A stretch of 64,000 bases of DNA from the human T2T-CHM13v2.0 reference genome, Homo sapiens. Positions within the stretch are counted from its first letter, which is position 1. Each line of letters begins with the position of its first letter. Where the stretch lies: NCBI RefSeq assembly GCF_009914755.1, contig NC_060933.1. One strand, written 5' to 3'. Below, in pieces: positions 12,401 to 26,300 of the stretch. Under the pieces are notes generated by a model. That model had not been told where the DNA came from. It searched no databases and worked only from the letters and a program-made list of their open reading frames with translations. A program made the position numbers and the translations under genes.

Positions 12401-15400
12401 ACTTCTTTGTGATGTTTGCATTCAAGTCACAGAACTGAACATTCCCTTTCATAGAGCAGGTTTGAAACACTCTTTCTGTAGTATCTGCAAGCGGACGTTT
12501 TAAGCGCTTTCAGGCCTGTGGTGAGAAAGGAAATATCTTCAAATAAAAACTAGACAGAAGCATTCTCAGAAACTTATTTGCGATGTGTGTCCTCAACTAA
12601 CAGAGTTGAACCTTTCTTTTGATACAACATTTTGGAAACACTCTTTTTGTAGAATCTGCAAGTGGATATTTGGATAGCTTTGAAGGTTTCGTTGGAAACG
12701 GGAATATCTTCATATGAAATCAAGACAGAAGCATTCTCAGAAACTTCTCTGTGATGTTTGCATTCAACTCATAGAGTTGAACACTTCCCTTCATACAGCA
12801 GGTTTGAAACACTCTTTTTCTAATATTTGGAAGTGGACATTTGCAGCGCTTTGAGGCCTATGTTGAAAAAGGAAATATCTTCTCCTAAAAACCAGACAGA
12901 AGCATTCTCAGAAACTTCCTTGTGATGTGTGTACTCAAGTAACAGAGTTGAACCTTCCTTTTGACAGAGCAGTTTTGAAGCACTCTTTTTGTAGAATCTG
13001 CAAGTGGATATTTTGATACCTTTGAGGATTTCGTTGGACACGGGATATCTTCATATAAAATCTAGACAGAAGCATTCTCAGAAACTTCTTTGTGCTGTAT
13101 GTCCTCAATTAACAGAGTTGAACCTTTGTGTGGATACAGCATTTTGGAAACATTCCTTTAGTAGAATCTGCAAGTTGATATTTAGATAGCTAGGAAGATT
13201 TCCTTGGAAACGGGAATATCTTCATATAAAATCTAGACGGAAGCATTCTCAGAAAGTGCTTTGTGATGTTTGCATTCAAGTCACAGAGTTGAATATTCCC
13301 TTTTATAGAGCAGGTTTGAAACACTCTTTCTGCACTACCTGGAAGTGGACATTTGGAGCGCTTTGAGGCCTATGTTGAAAAAGGAAATATCTTCCCATAA
13401 AAACTAGACAGAAGCATTCTCAGAAACTTGTTTGTGATGTGTGTATTCAACTAACAGAGATGAACCTTTCTTTTTACAGAGCAGTTTTGAAACACTCTTT
13501 TTGTGGAATCTGAAAGTGGATATTTGGATAGCTTTGAGGATTTCGTTGGAAACGGGATTACATATAAAACCTAGAGAGAAGCATTCTCAGGAACTTCTTT
13601 GTGATGTTTGCCTTCAAGTCACAGGACTGAACATTCCCTTTCATAGAGCAGGTTTGAAACACTCTTTCTGTAGTATCTGCAAGCTGACGTTTCAAGCGCT
13701 TTCAGGCCTATGGTGAGAAAGGAAATATCTTCAAGTAAAAACTAGACAGAAGCATTCTCAGAAACTTATTTGCCATGTGTGTTCTCAACTAACAGAGTTG
13801 AACCTTTGTTTTGATACGGCATTTTGGAAACACTCTTTTTGTAGTATCTGCAGGTGGATATTCGGATAGCTTTGAAGGTTTCGTTGGAAACGGGAATATC
13901 TTCATATAAAATCTAGACGGAAGCATTCTCAGAAACTGCTTTGTGATGTTTTCATTCAAGTCACAGAGTAGAATGTTCCCTGTTATATACCAGGTTTGAG
14001 ACACTCTTTCTGCACTACCTGGAAGTGGACGTTTGGAGCGCTTTGAGGCCTATGTTGAAAAAGGAAATATCTTCCCATAAAAACTAGACAGAAGCATTCT
14101 CAGAAACTTGTTTGTGATGTGTGTATTCAACTAACAGAGATGAACCTTTCTTTTTACAGAGCAGTTTTGAAACACTCTTTTTGTGGAATCTGAAAGTGGA
14201 TATTTGGATAGCTTTGAGGATTTCGTTGGAAACGGGATTACATATAAAACCTAGAGAGAAGCATTCTCAGGAACTTCTTTGAGATGTTTGCATTCAAGTC
14301 ACAGAACTGAACATTCCCTTTCATAGAGCAGGTTTGAAACACTCTTTCTGTAGTATCTGCAAGCTGACGTTTCAAGCGCTTTCAGGCCTATGGTGAGAAA
14401 GGAAATATCTTCAAGTAAAAACTAGACAGAAGCATTCTCAGAAACTTATTTGCGATGTGTGTTCTCAACTAACAGAGTTGAACCTTTGTTTTGATATGGC
14501 ATTTTGGAAACACTCTTTTTGTAGAATCTGCAGGTGGATATTCGGATAGCTTTGAAGGTTTCGTTGGAAACGGGAATATCTTCATATAAAATCTAGACGG
14601 AAGCATTCTCAGAAACTGCTTTGTGATGTTTTCATTCAAGTCACACAGTAGAATGTTCCCTGTTATATACCAGGTTTGAGACACTCTTTCTGCACTACCT
14701 GGAAGTGGACATTTGCAGCGCTTTGAGGCCTATGATGAAAAAGGAAATATCTTCCCATAAAAACTAGACAGAAGCATTCTCAGAAACTTGTTTTTGATGT
14801 GTGTATTCAACTAACAGAGATGAACCTTTCTTTTTACAGAGCAGTTTTGAAACACTCTTTTTGTGGAATCTGAAAGTGGATATTTGGATAGCTTTGAGGA
14901 TTTCGTTGGAAACGGGATTAAATATAAAATCTAGAGAGAAGCATTCTCAGGAACTTCTTTGTGATGTTTGCATTCACGTCACAGAACTGAACATTCCCTT
15001 TCATAGAGCATGTTTGAAACACTCTTTCTGTAGTATCTGCAAACGGACATTTCAAACGCTTTCAGGCCTATGGTGAGAAAGGAAATATCTTCAAATAAAA
15101 ACTAGACAGAAGCATTCTCAGAAACTTATTTGCGATGTGTGTCCTCAACTAACAGAGTTGAACCTTTCTTTTGATACAACATTTTGGAAACACTCTTTTT
15201 GTAGAATCTGCAAGTGGATATTTGAATAGCTTTGAAGGTTTCGTTGGAAACGGGAATATCTTCATATAAAATCAAGACAGAAGCATTCTCAGAAACTTCT
15301 CTGTGATGTTTGCATTCAACTCATAGAGTTGAACACTTCCCTTCATACAGCAGGTTTGAAACACTCTTTTTGTAATATTTGGAAGTGGACATTTGCAGCG

Positions 15401-17323
15401 CTTTGAGGCCTATGATGAAAAAGGTAATATCTTCCCATAAAAACTAGACAGAAGCATTCTCAGAAACTTGTTTGTGATGTGTGTATTCAACTAACAGAGA
15501 TGAACCTTTCTTTTTACAGAGCAGTTTTGAAACACTCTTTTTGTGGAATCTGAAAGTGGATATTTGGATAGCTTTGCGGATTTCGTTGGAAACGGGATTA
15601 CATATAAAACCTAGAGAGAAGCATTCTCAGGAACTTCTTTGCGATGTTTGCATTCAAGTCACAGAACTGAACATTCCCTTTCATAGAGCAGGTTTGAAAC
15701 ACTCTTTCTGTAGTATCTGCAAGCTGACGTTTCAAGCGCTTTCAGGCCTATGGTGAGAAAGGAAATTTCTTCAAGTAAAAACTAGACAGAAGCATTCTCA
15801 GAAACTTATTTGCGATGTGTGTTCTCAACTAACAGAGTTGAACCTTTGTTTTGATATGGCATTTTGGAAACACTCTTTTTGTAGAATCTGCAGGTGGATA
15901 TTCGGATAGCTTTGAAGGTTTCGTTGGAAACGGGAATATCTTCATATAAAATCTAGACGGAAGCATTCTCAGAAACTGCTTTGTGATGTTTTCATTCAAG
16001 TCACAGAGTAGAATGTTCCCTGTTATATACCAGGTTTGAGACACTCTTTCTGCACTACATGGAAGTGGACGTTTGGAGCGCTTTGAGGCCTATGTTGAAA
16101 AAGGAAATATCTTCCCATAAAAACTAGACAGAAGCATTCTCAGAAACTTGTTTGTGATGTGTGTATTCAACTAACAGAGATGAACCTTTCTTTTTACAGA
16201 GCAGTTTTGAAACACTCTTTTTGTGGAATCTGAAAGTGGATATTTGGATAGCTTTGCGGATTTCGTTGGAAACGGGATTACATATAAAATCTAGGGAGAA
16301 GCATTCTCAGGAACTTCTTTGTGATGTTTGCATTCAAGTCACAGAACTGAACATTCCCTTTCATAGAGCAGGTTTGAAACACTCTTTCTGTAGTATCTGC
16401 AAGCGGACGTTTTAAGCGCTTTCAGGCCTGTGGTGAGAAAGGAAATATCTTCAAATAAAAACTAGACAGAAGCATTCTCAGAAACTTATTTGCGATGTGT
16501 GTCCTCAACTAACAGAGTTGAACCTTTCTTTTGATACAACATTTTGGAAACACTCTTTTTGTAGAATCTGCAAGTGGATATTTGGATAGCTTTGAAGGTT
16601 TCGTTGGAAACGGGAATATCTTCATATGAAATCAAGACAGAAGCATTCTCAGAAACTTCTCTGTGATGTTTGCATTCAACTCATAGAGTTGAACACTTCC
16701 CTTCATACAGCAGGTTTGAAACACTCTTTTTCTAATATTTGGAAGTGGACATTTGCAGCGCTTTGAGGCCTATGTTGAAAAAGGAAATATCTTCTCCTAA
16801 AAACCAGACAGAAGCATTCTCAGAAACTTCCTTGTGATGTGTGTACTCAAGTAACAGAGTTGAACCTTCCTTTTGACAGAGCAGTTTTGAAGCACTCTTT
16901 TTGTAGAATCTGCAAGTGGATATTTTGATACCTTTGAGGATTTCGTTGGACACGGGATATCTTCATATAAAATCTAGACAGAAGCATTCTCAGAAACTTC
17001 TTTGTGCTGTATGTCCTCAATTAACAGAGTTGAACCTTTGTGTGGATACAGCATTTTGGAAACATTCCTTTAGTAGAATCTGCAAGTTGATATTTAGATA
17101 GCTAGGAAGATTTCCTTGGAAACGGGAATATCTTCATATAAAATCTAGACGGAAGCATTCTCAGAAAGTGCTTTGTGATGTTTGCATTCAAGTCACAGAG
17201 TTGAATATTCCCTTTTATAGAGCAGGTTTGAAACACTCTTTCTGCACTACCTGGAAGTGGACATTTGGAGCGCTTTGAGGCCTATGTTGAAAAAGGAAAT
17301 ATCTTCCCATAAAAACTAGACAG
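9500..17323 (+). repeat. Tandem duplication of a 3,912-bp 23-mer (A-A-B-A-C-T)
   Basis: Shared markers at +3912: GTAGTATCTGCAGG, CTTTGAGATG, CACACAGTAG, GATTAAATAT, GAAATTTCTTC, CTACATGG. Confidence 0.9.
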
Positions 17324-20300
17324 AAGCATTCTCAGAAACTTGTTTGTGATGTGTGTATTCAACTAACAGAGATGAACCTTTCTTTTTACAGAGCAGTTTT
17401 GAAACACTCTTTTTGTGGAATCTGAAAGTGGATATTTGGATAGCTTTGAGGATTTCGTTGGAAACGGGATTACATATAAAACCTAGAGAGAAGCATTCTC
17501 AGGAACTTCTTTGTGATGTTTGCATTCAAGTCACAGAACTGAACATTCCCTTTCATAGAGCAGGTTTGAAACACTCTTTCTGTAGTATCTGCAAGCTGAC
17601 GTTTCAAGCGCTTTCAGGCCTATGGTGAGAAAGGAAATATCTTCAAGTAAAAACTAGACAGAAGCATTCTCAGAAACTTATTTGCGATGTGTGTTCTCAA
17701 CTAACAGAGTTGAACCTTTGTTTTTATATGGCATTTTGGAAACACTCTTTTTGTAGAATCTGCAGGTGGATATTCGGATAGCTTTGAAGGTTTCGTTGGA
17801 AACGGGAATATCTTCATATAAAATCTAGACGGAAGCATTCTCAGAAACTGCTTTGTGATGTTTTCATTCAAGTCACAGAGTAGAATGTTCCCTGTTATAT
17901 ACCAGGTTTGAGACACTCTTTCTGCACTACCTGGAAGTGGACATTTGCAGCGCTTTGAGGCCTATGATGAAAAAGGAAATATCTTCCCATAAAAACTAGA
18001 CAGAAGCATTCTCAGAAACTTGTTTTTGATGTGTGTATTCAACTAACAGAGATGAACCTTTCTTTTTACAGAGCAGTTTTGAAACACTCTTTTTGTGGAA
18101 TCTGAAAGTGGATATTTGGATAGCTTTGAGGATTTCGTTGGAAACGGGATTACATATAAAATCTAGAGAGAAGCATTCTCAGGAACTTCTTTGTGATGTT
18201 TGCATTCACGTCACAGAACTGAACATTCCCTTTCATAGAGCATGTTTGAAACACTCTTTCTGTAGTATCTGCAAACGGACATTTCAAACGCTTTCAGGCC
18301 TATGGTGAGAAAGGAAATATCTTCAAATAAAAACTAGACAGAAGCATTCTCAGAAACTTATTTGCGATGTGTGTCCTCAACTAACAGAGTTGAACCTTTC
18401 TTTTGATACAACATTTTGGAAACACTCTTTTTGTAGAATCTGCAAGTGGATATTTGAATAGCTTTGAAGGTTTCGTTGGAAACGGGAATATCTTCATATA
18501 AAATCAAGACAGAAGCATTCTCAGAAACTTCTCTGTGATGTTTGCATTCAACTCATAGAGTTGAACACTTCCCTTCATACAGCAGGTTTGAAACACTCTT
18601 TTTGTAATATTTGGAAGTGGACATTTGCAGCGCTTTGAGGCCTATGATGAAAAAGGTAATATCTTCCCATAAAAACTAGACAGAAGCATTCTCAGAAACT
18701 TCTTTGTGATGTGTGTATTCAACTAACAGAGATGAACCTTTCTTTTTACAGAGCAGTTTTGAAACACTCTTTTTGTGGAATCTGAAAGTGGATATTTGGA
18801 TAGCTTTGCGGATTTCGTTGGAAACGGGATTACATATAAAACCTAGAGAGAAGCATTCTCAGGAACTTCTTTGCGATGTTTGCATTCAAGTCACAGAACT
18901 GAACATTCCCTTTCATAGAGCAGGTTTGAAACACTCTTTCTGTAGTATCTGCAAGCTGACGTTTCAAGCGCTTTCAGGCCTATGGTGAGAAAGGAAATAT
19001 CTTCAAGTAAAAACTAGACAGAAGCATTCTCAGAAACTTATTTGCGATGTGTGTTCTCAACTAACAGAGTTGAACCTTTGTTTTGATATGGCATTTTGGA
19101 AACACTCTTTTTGTAGAATCTGCAGGTGGATATTCGGATAGCTTTGAAGGTTTCGTTGGAAACGGGAATATCTTCATATAAAATCTAGACGGAAGCATTC
19201 TCAGAAACTGCTTTGTGATGTTTTCATTCAAGTCACAGAGTAGAATGTTCCCTGTTATATACCAGGTTTGAGACACTCTTTCTGCACTACCTGGAAGTGG
19301 ACGTTTGGAGCGCTTTGAGGCCTATGTTGAAAAAGGAAATATCTTCCCATAAAAACTAGACAGAAGCATTCTCAGAAACTTGTTTTTGATGTGTGTATTC
19401 AACTAACAGAGATGAACCTTTCTTTTTACAGAGCAGTTTTGAAACACTCTTTTTGTGGAATCTGAAAGTGGATATTTGGATAGCTTTGAGGATTTCGTTG
19501 GAAACGGGATTACATATAAAACCTAGAGAGAAGCATTCTCAGGAACTTCTTTGTGATGTTTGCATTCACGTCACAGAACTGAACATTCCCTTTCATAGAG
19601 CATGTTTGAAACACTCTTTCTGTAGTATCTGCAAACGGACATTTCAAACGCTTTCAGGCCTATGGTGAGAAAGGAAATATCTTCAAATAAAAACTAGATA
19701 GAAGCATTCTCAGAAACTTATTTGCGATGTGTGTCCTCAACTATCAGAGTTGAACCTTTCTTTTGATACAACATTTTGGAACCACTCTTTTTGTAGAATC
19801 TGCAAGTGGATATTTGAATAGCTTTGAAGGTTTCGTTGGAAACGGGAATATCTTCATATAAAATCAAGACAGAAGCATTCTCAGAAACTTCTCTGTGATG
19901 TTTGCATTCAACTCATAGAGTTGAACACTTCCCTTCATACAGCAGGTTTGAAACACTCTTTTTGTAATATTTGGAAGTGGACATTTGCAGCGCTTTGAGG
20001 CCTATGATGAAAAAGGAAATATCTTCCCATAAAAACTAGACAGAAGCATTCTCAGAAACTTGTTTGTGATGTGTGTATTCAACTAACAGAGATGAACCTT
20101 TCTTTTTACAGAGCAGTTTTGAAACACTCTTTTTGTGGAATCTGAAAGTGGATATTTGGATAGCTTTGCGGATTTCGTTGGAAACGGGATTACATATAAA
20201 ATCTAGGGAGAAGCATTCTCAGGAACTTCTTTGTGATGTTTGCATTCAAGTCACAGAACTGAACATTCCCTTTCATAGATCAGGTTTGAAACACTCTTTC

Positions 20301-23300
20301 TGTAGTATCTGCAAGCGGACGTTTTAAGCGCTTTCAGGCCTGTGGTGAGAAAGGAAATATCTTCAAATAAAAACTAGACAGAAGCATTCTCAGAAACTTA
20401 TTTGCGATGTGTGTCCTCAACTAACAGAGTTGAACCTTTCTTTTGATACAACATTTTGGAAACACTCTTTTTGTAGAATCTGCAAGTGAATATTTGGATA
20501 GCTTTGAAGGTTTCGTTGGAAACGAGAATATCTTCATATGAAATCAAGACAGAAGCATTCTCAGAAACTTCTCTGTGATGTTTGCATTCAACTCATAGAG
20601 TTGAACACTTCCCTTCATACAGCAGGTTTGAAACACTCTTTTTCTAATATTTGGAAGTGGACATTTGCAGCGCTTTGAGGCCTATGTTGAAAAAGGAAAT
20701 ATCTTCTCCTAAAAACCAGACAGAAGCATTCTCAGAAACTTCCTTGTGATGTGTGTACTCAAGTAACAGAGTTGAACCTTCCTTTTGACAGAGCAGTTTT
20801 GAAGCACTCTTTTTGTAGAATCTGCAAGTGGATATTTTGATACCTTTGAGGATTTCGTTGGACACGGGATATCTTCATATAAAATCTAGACAGAAGCATT
20901 CTCAGAAACTTCTTTGTGCTGTATGTCCTCAATTAACAGAGTTGAACCTTTGTGTGGATACAGCATTTTGGAAACATTCCTTTAGTAGAATCTGCAAGTT
21001 GATATTTAGATAGCTAGGAAGATTTCCTTGGAAACGGGAATATCTTCATATAAAATCTAGACGGAAGCATTCTCAGAAAGTGCTTTGTGATGTTTGCATT
21101 CAAGTCACAGAGTTGAATATTCCCTTTTATAGAGCAGGTTTGAAACACTCTTTCTGCACTACCTGGAAGTGGACATTTGGAGCGCTTTGAGGCCTATGTT
21201 GAAAAAGGAAATATCTTCCCATAAAAACTAGACAGAAGCATTCTCAGAAACTTGTTTGTGATGTGTGTATTCAACTAACAGAGATGAACCTTTCTTTTTA
21301 CAGAGCAGTTTTGAAACACTCTTTTTGTGGAATCTGAAAGTGGATATTTGGATAGCTTTGAGGATTTCGTTGGAAACGGGATTACATATAAAACCTAGAG
21401 AGAAGCATTCTCAGGAACTTCTTTGTGATGTTTGCCTTCAAGTCACAGGACTGAACATTCCCTTTCATAGAGCAGGTTTGAAACACTCTTTCTGTAGTAT
21501 CTGCAAGCTGACGTTTCAAGCGCTTTCAGGCCTATGGTGAGAAAGGAAATATCTTCAAGTAAAAACTAGACAGAAGCATTCTCAGAAACTTATTTGAGAT
21601 GTGTGTTCTCAACTAACAGAGTTGAACCTTTGTTTTGATATGGCATTTTGGAAACACTCTTTTTGTAGAATCTGCAGGTGGATATTCGGATAGCTTTGAA
21701 GGTTTCGTTGGAAACGGGAATATCTTCATATAAAATCTAGACGGAAGCATTCTCAGAAACTGCTTTGTGATGTTTTCATTCAAGTCACAGAGTAGAATGT
21801 TCCCTGTTATATACCAGGTTAGAGACACTCTTTCTGCACTACCTGGAAGTGGACATTTGCAGCGCTTTGAGGCCTATGATGAAAAAGGAAATATCTTCCC
21901 ATAAAAACTAGACAGAAGCATTCTCAGAAACTTGTTTGTGATGTGTGTATTCAACTAACAGAGATGAACCTTTCTTTTTACAGAGCAGTTTTGAAACACT
22001 CTTTTTGTGGAATCTGAAAGTGGATATTTGGATAGCTTTGAGGATTTCGTTGGAAACGGGATTACATATAAAATCTAGAGAGAAGCATTCTCAGGAACTT
22101 CTTTGTGATGTTTGCATTCACGTCACAGAACTGAACATTCCCTTTAATAGAGCATGTTTGAAACACTCTTTCTGTAGTATCTGCAAGCGGACGTTTTAAG
22201 CGCTTTCAAGCCTGTGGTGAGAAAGGAAATATCTTCAAATAAAAACTAGACAGAAGCATTCTCAGAAACTTATTTGCGATGTGTGTCCTCAACTAACAGA
22301 GTTGAACCTTTCTTTTGATACAACATTTTGGAAACACTCTTTTTGTAGAATCTGCAAGTGGATATTTGGATAGCTTTGAAGGTTTCGTTGGAAACGGGAA
22401 TATCTTCATATGAAATCAAGACAGAAGCATTCTCAGAAACTTCTCTGTGATGTTTGCATTCAACTCATAGAGTTGAACACTTCCCTTCATACAGCAGGTT
22501 TGAAACACTCTTTTTCTAATATTTGGAAGTGGACATTTGCAGCGCTTTGAGGCCTATGTTGAAAAAGGAAATATCTTCTCCAAAAACCAGACAGAAGCAT
22601 TCTCAGAAACTTCCTTGTGATGTGTGTACTCAAGTAACAGAGTTGAACCTTCCTTTTGACAGAGCAGTTTTGAAGCACTCTTTTTGTAGAATCTGCAAGT
22701 GGATATTTTGATACCTTTGAGGATTTCGTTGGACACGGGATATCGTCATATAAAATCTAGACAGAAGCATTCTCAGAAACTTCTTTGTTCTGTATGTCCT
22801 CAATTAACAGAGTTGAACCTTTGTGTGGATACAGGATTTTGGAAACATTCCTTTAGTAGAATCTGCAAGTTGATATTTAGATAGCTAGGAAGATTTCCTT
22901 GGAAACGGGAATATCTTCATATAAAATCTAGACGGAAGCATTCTCAGAAAGTGCTTTGTGATGTTTGCATTCAAGTCACAGAGTTGAATATTCCCTTTTA
23001 TAGAGCAGGTTTGAAACACTCTTTCTGCACTACCTGGAAGTGGACATTTGGAGCGCTTTGAGGCCTATGTTGAAAAAGGAAATATCTTCCCATAAAAACT
23101 AGACAGAAGCATTCTCAGAAACTTGTTTGTGATGTGTGTATTCAACTAACAGAGATGAACCTTTCTTTTTACAGAGCAGTTTTGAAACACTCTTTTTGTG
23201 GAATCTGAAAGTGGATATTTGGATAGCTTTGAGGATTTCGTTGGAAACGGGATTACATATAAAACCTAGAGAGAAGCATTCTCAGGAACTTCTTTGAGAT

Positions 23301-26300
23301 GTTTGCATTCAAGTCACAGAACTGAACATTCCCTTTCATAGAGCAGGTTTGAAACACTCTTTCTGTAGTATCTGCAAGCTGACGTTTCAAGCGCTTTCAG
23401 GCCTATGGTGAGAAAGGAAATATCTTCAAGTAAAAACTAGACAGAAGCATTCTCAGAAACTTATTTGCGATGTGTGTTCTCAACTAACAGAGTTGAACCT
23501 TTGTTTTGATATGGCATTTTGGAAACACTCTTTTTGTAGAATCTGCAGGTGGATATTCGGATAGCTTTGAAGGTTTCGTTGGAAACGGGAATATCTTCAT
23601 ATAAAATCTAGACGGAAGCATTCTCAGAAACTGCTTTGTGATGTTTTCATTCAAGTCACACAGTAGAATGTTCCCTGTTATATACCAGGTTTGAGACACT
23701 CTTTCTGCACTACCTGGAAGTGGACATTTGCAGCGCTTTGAGGCCTATGATGAAAAAGGAAATATCTTCCCATAAAAACTAGACAGAAGCATTCTCAGAA
23801 ACTTGTTTTTGATGTGTGTATTCAACTAACAGAGATGAACCTTTCTTTTTACAGAGCAGTTTTGAAACACTCTTTTTGTGGAATCTGAAAGTGGATATTT
23901 GGATAGCTTTGAGGATTTCGTTGGAAACGGGATTAAATATAAAATCTAGAGAGAAGCATTCTCAGGAACTTCTTTGTGATGTTTGCATTCACGTCACAGA
24001 ACTGAACATTCCCTTTCATAGAGCATGTTTGAAACACTCTTTCTGTAGTATCTGCAAACGGACATTTCAAACGCTTTCAGGCCTATGGTGAGAAAGGAAA
24101 TATCTTCAAATAAAAACTAGACAGAAGCATTCTCAGAAACTTATTTGCGATGTGTGTCCTCAACTAACAGAGTTGAACCTTTCTTTTGATACAACATTTT
24201 GGAAACACTCTTTTTGTAGAATCTGCAAGTGGATATTTGAATAGCTTTGAAGGTTTCGTTGGAAACGGGAATATCTTCATATAAAATCAAGACAGAAGCA
24301 TTCTCAGAAACTTCTCTGTGATGTTTGCATTCAACTCATAGAGTTGAACACTTCCCTTCATACAGCAGGTTTGAAACACTCTTTTTGTAATATTTGGAAG
24401 TGGACATTTGCAGCGCTTTGAGGCCTATGATGAAAAAGGTAATATCTTCCCATAAAAACTAGACAGAAGCATTCTCAGAAACTTGTTTGTGATGTGTGTA
24501 TTCAACTAACAGAGATGAACCTTTCTTTTTACAGAGCAGTTTTGAAACACTCTTTTTGTGGAATCTGAAAGTGGATATTTGGATAGCTTTGCGGATTTCG
24601 TTGGAAACGGGATTACATATAAAACCTAGAGAGAAGCATTCTCAGGAACTTCTTTGCGATGTTTGCATTCAAGTCACAGAACTGAACATTCCCTTTCATA
24701 GAGCAGGTTTGAAACACTCTTTCTGTAGTATCTGCAAGCTGACGTTTCAAGCGCTTTCAGGCCTATGGTGAGAAAGGAAATTTCTTCAAGTAAAAACTAG
24801 ACAGAAGCATTCTCAGAAACTTATTTGCGATGTGTGTTCTCAACTAACAGAGTTGAACCTTTGTTTTGATATGGCATTTTGGAAACACTCTTTTTGTAGA
24901 ATCTGCAGGTGGATATTCGGATAGCTTTGAAGGTTTCGTTGGAAACGGGAATATCTTCATATAAAATCTAGACGGAAGCATTCTCAGAAACTGCTTTGTG
25001 ATGTTTTCATTCAAGTCACAGAGTAGAATGTTCCCTGTTATATACCAGGTTTGAGACACTCTTTCTGCACTACATGGAAGTGGACGTTTGGAGCGCTTTG
25101 AGGCCTATGTTGAAAAAGGAAATATCTTCCCATAAAAACTAGACAGAAGCATTCTCAGAAACTTGTTTGTGATGTGTGTATTCAACTAACAGAGATGAAC
25201 CTTTCTTTTTACAGAGCAGTTTTGAAACACTCTTTTTGTGGAATCTGAAAGTGGATATTTGGATAGCTTTGCGGATTTCGTTGGAAACGGGATTACATAT
25301 AAAATCTAGGGAGAAGCATTCTCAGGAACTTCTTTGTGATGTTTGCATTCAAGTCACAGAACTGAACATTCCCTTTCATAGAGCAGGTTTGAAACACTCT
25401 TTCTGTAGTATCTGCAAGCGGACGTTTTAAGCGCTTTCAGGCCTGTGGTGAGAAAGGAAATATCTTCAAATAAAAACTAGACAGAAGCATTCTCAGAAAC
25501 TTATTTGCGATGTGTGTCCTCAACTAACAGAGTTGAACCTTTCTTTTGATACAACATTTTGGAAACACTCTTTTTGTAGAATCTGCAAGTGGATATTTGG
25601 ATAGCTTTGAAGGTTTCGTTGGAAACGGGAATATCTTCATATGAAATCAAGACAGAAGCATTCTCAGAAACTTCTCTGTGATGTTTGCATTCAACTCATA
25701 GAGTTGAACACTTCCCTTCATACAGCAGGTTTGAAACACTCTTTTTCTAATATTTGGAAGTGGACATTTGCAGCGCTTTGAGGCCTATGTTGAAAAAGGA
25801 AATATCTTCTCCTAAAAACCAGACAGAAGCATTCTCAGAAACTTCCTTGTGATGTGTGTACTCAAGTAACAGAGTTGAACCTTCCTTTTGACAGAGCAGT
25901 TTTGAAGCACTCTTTTTGTAGAATCTGCAAGTGGATATTTTGATACCTTTGAGGATTTCGTTGGACACGGGATATCTTCATATAAAATCTAGACAGAAGC
26001 ATTCTCAGAAACTTCTTTGTGCTGTATGTCCTCAATTAACAGAGTTGAACCTTTGTGTGGATACAGCATTTTGGAAACATTCCTTTAGTAGAATCTGCAA
26101 GTTGATATTTAGATAGCTAGGAAGATTTCCTTGGAAACGGGAATATCTTCATATAAAATCTAGACGGAAGCATTCTCAGAAAGTGCTTTGTGATGTTTGC
26201 ATTCAAGTCACAGAGTTGAATATTCCCTTTTATAGAGCAGGTTTGAAACACTCTTTCTGCACTACCTGGAAGTGGACATTTGGAGCGCTTTGAGGCCTAT

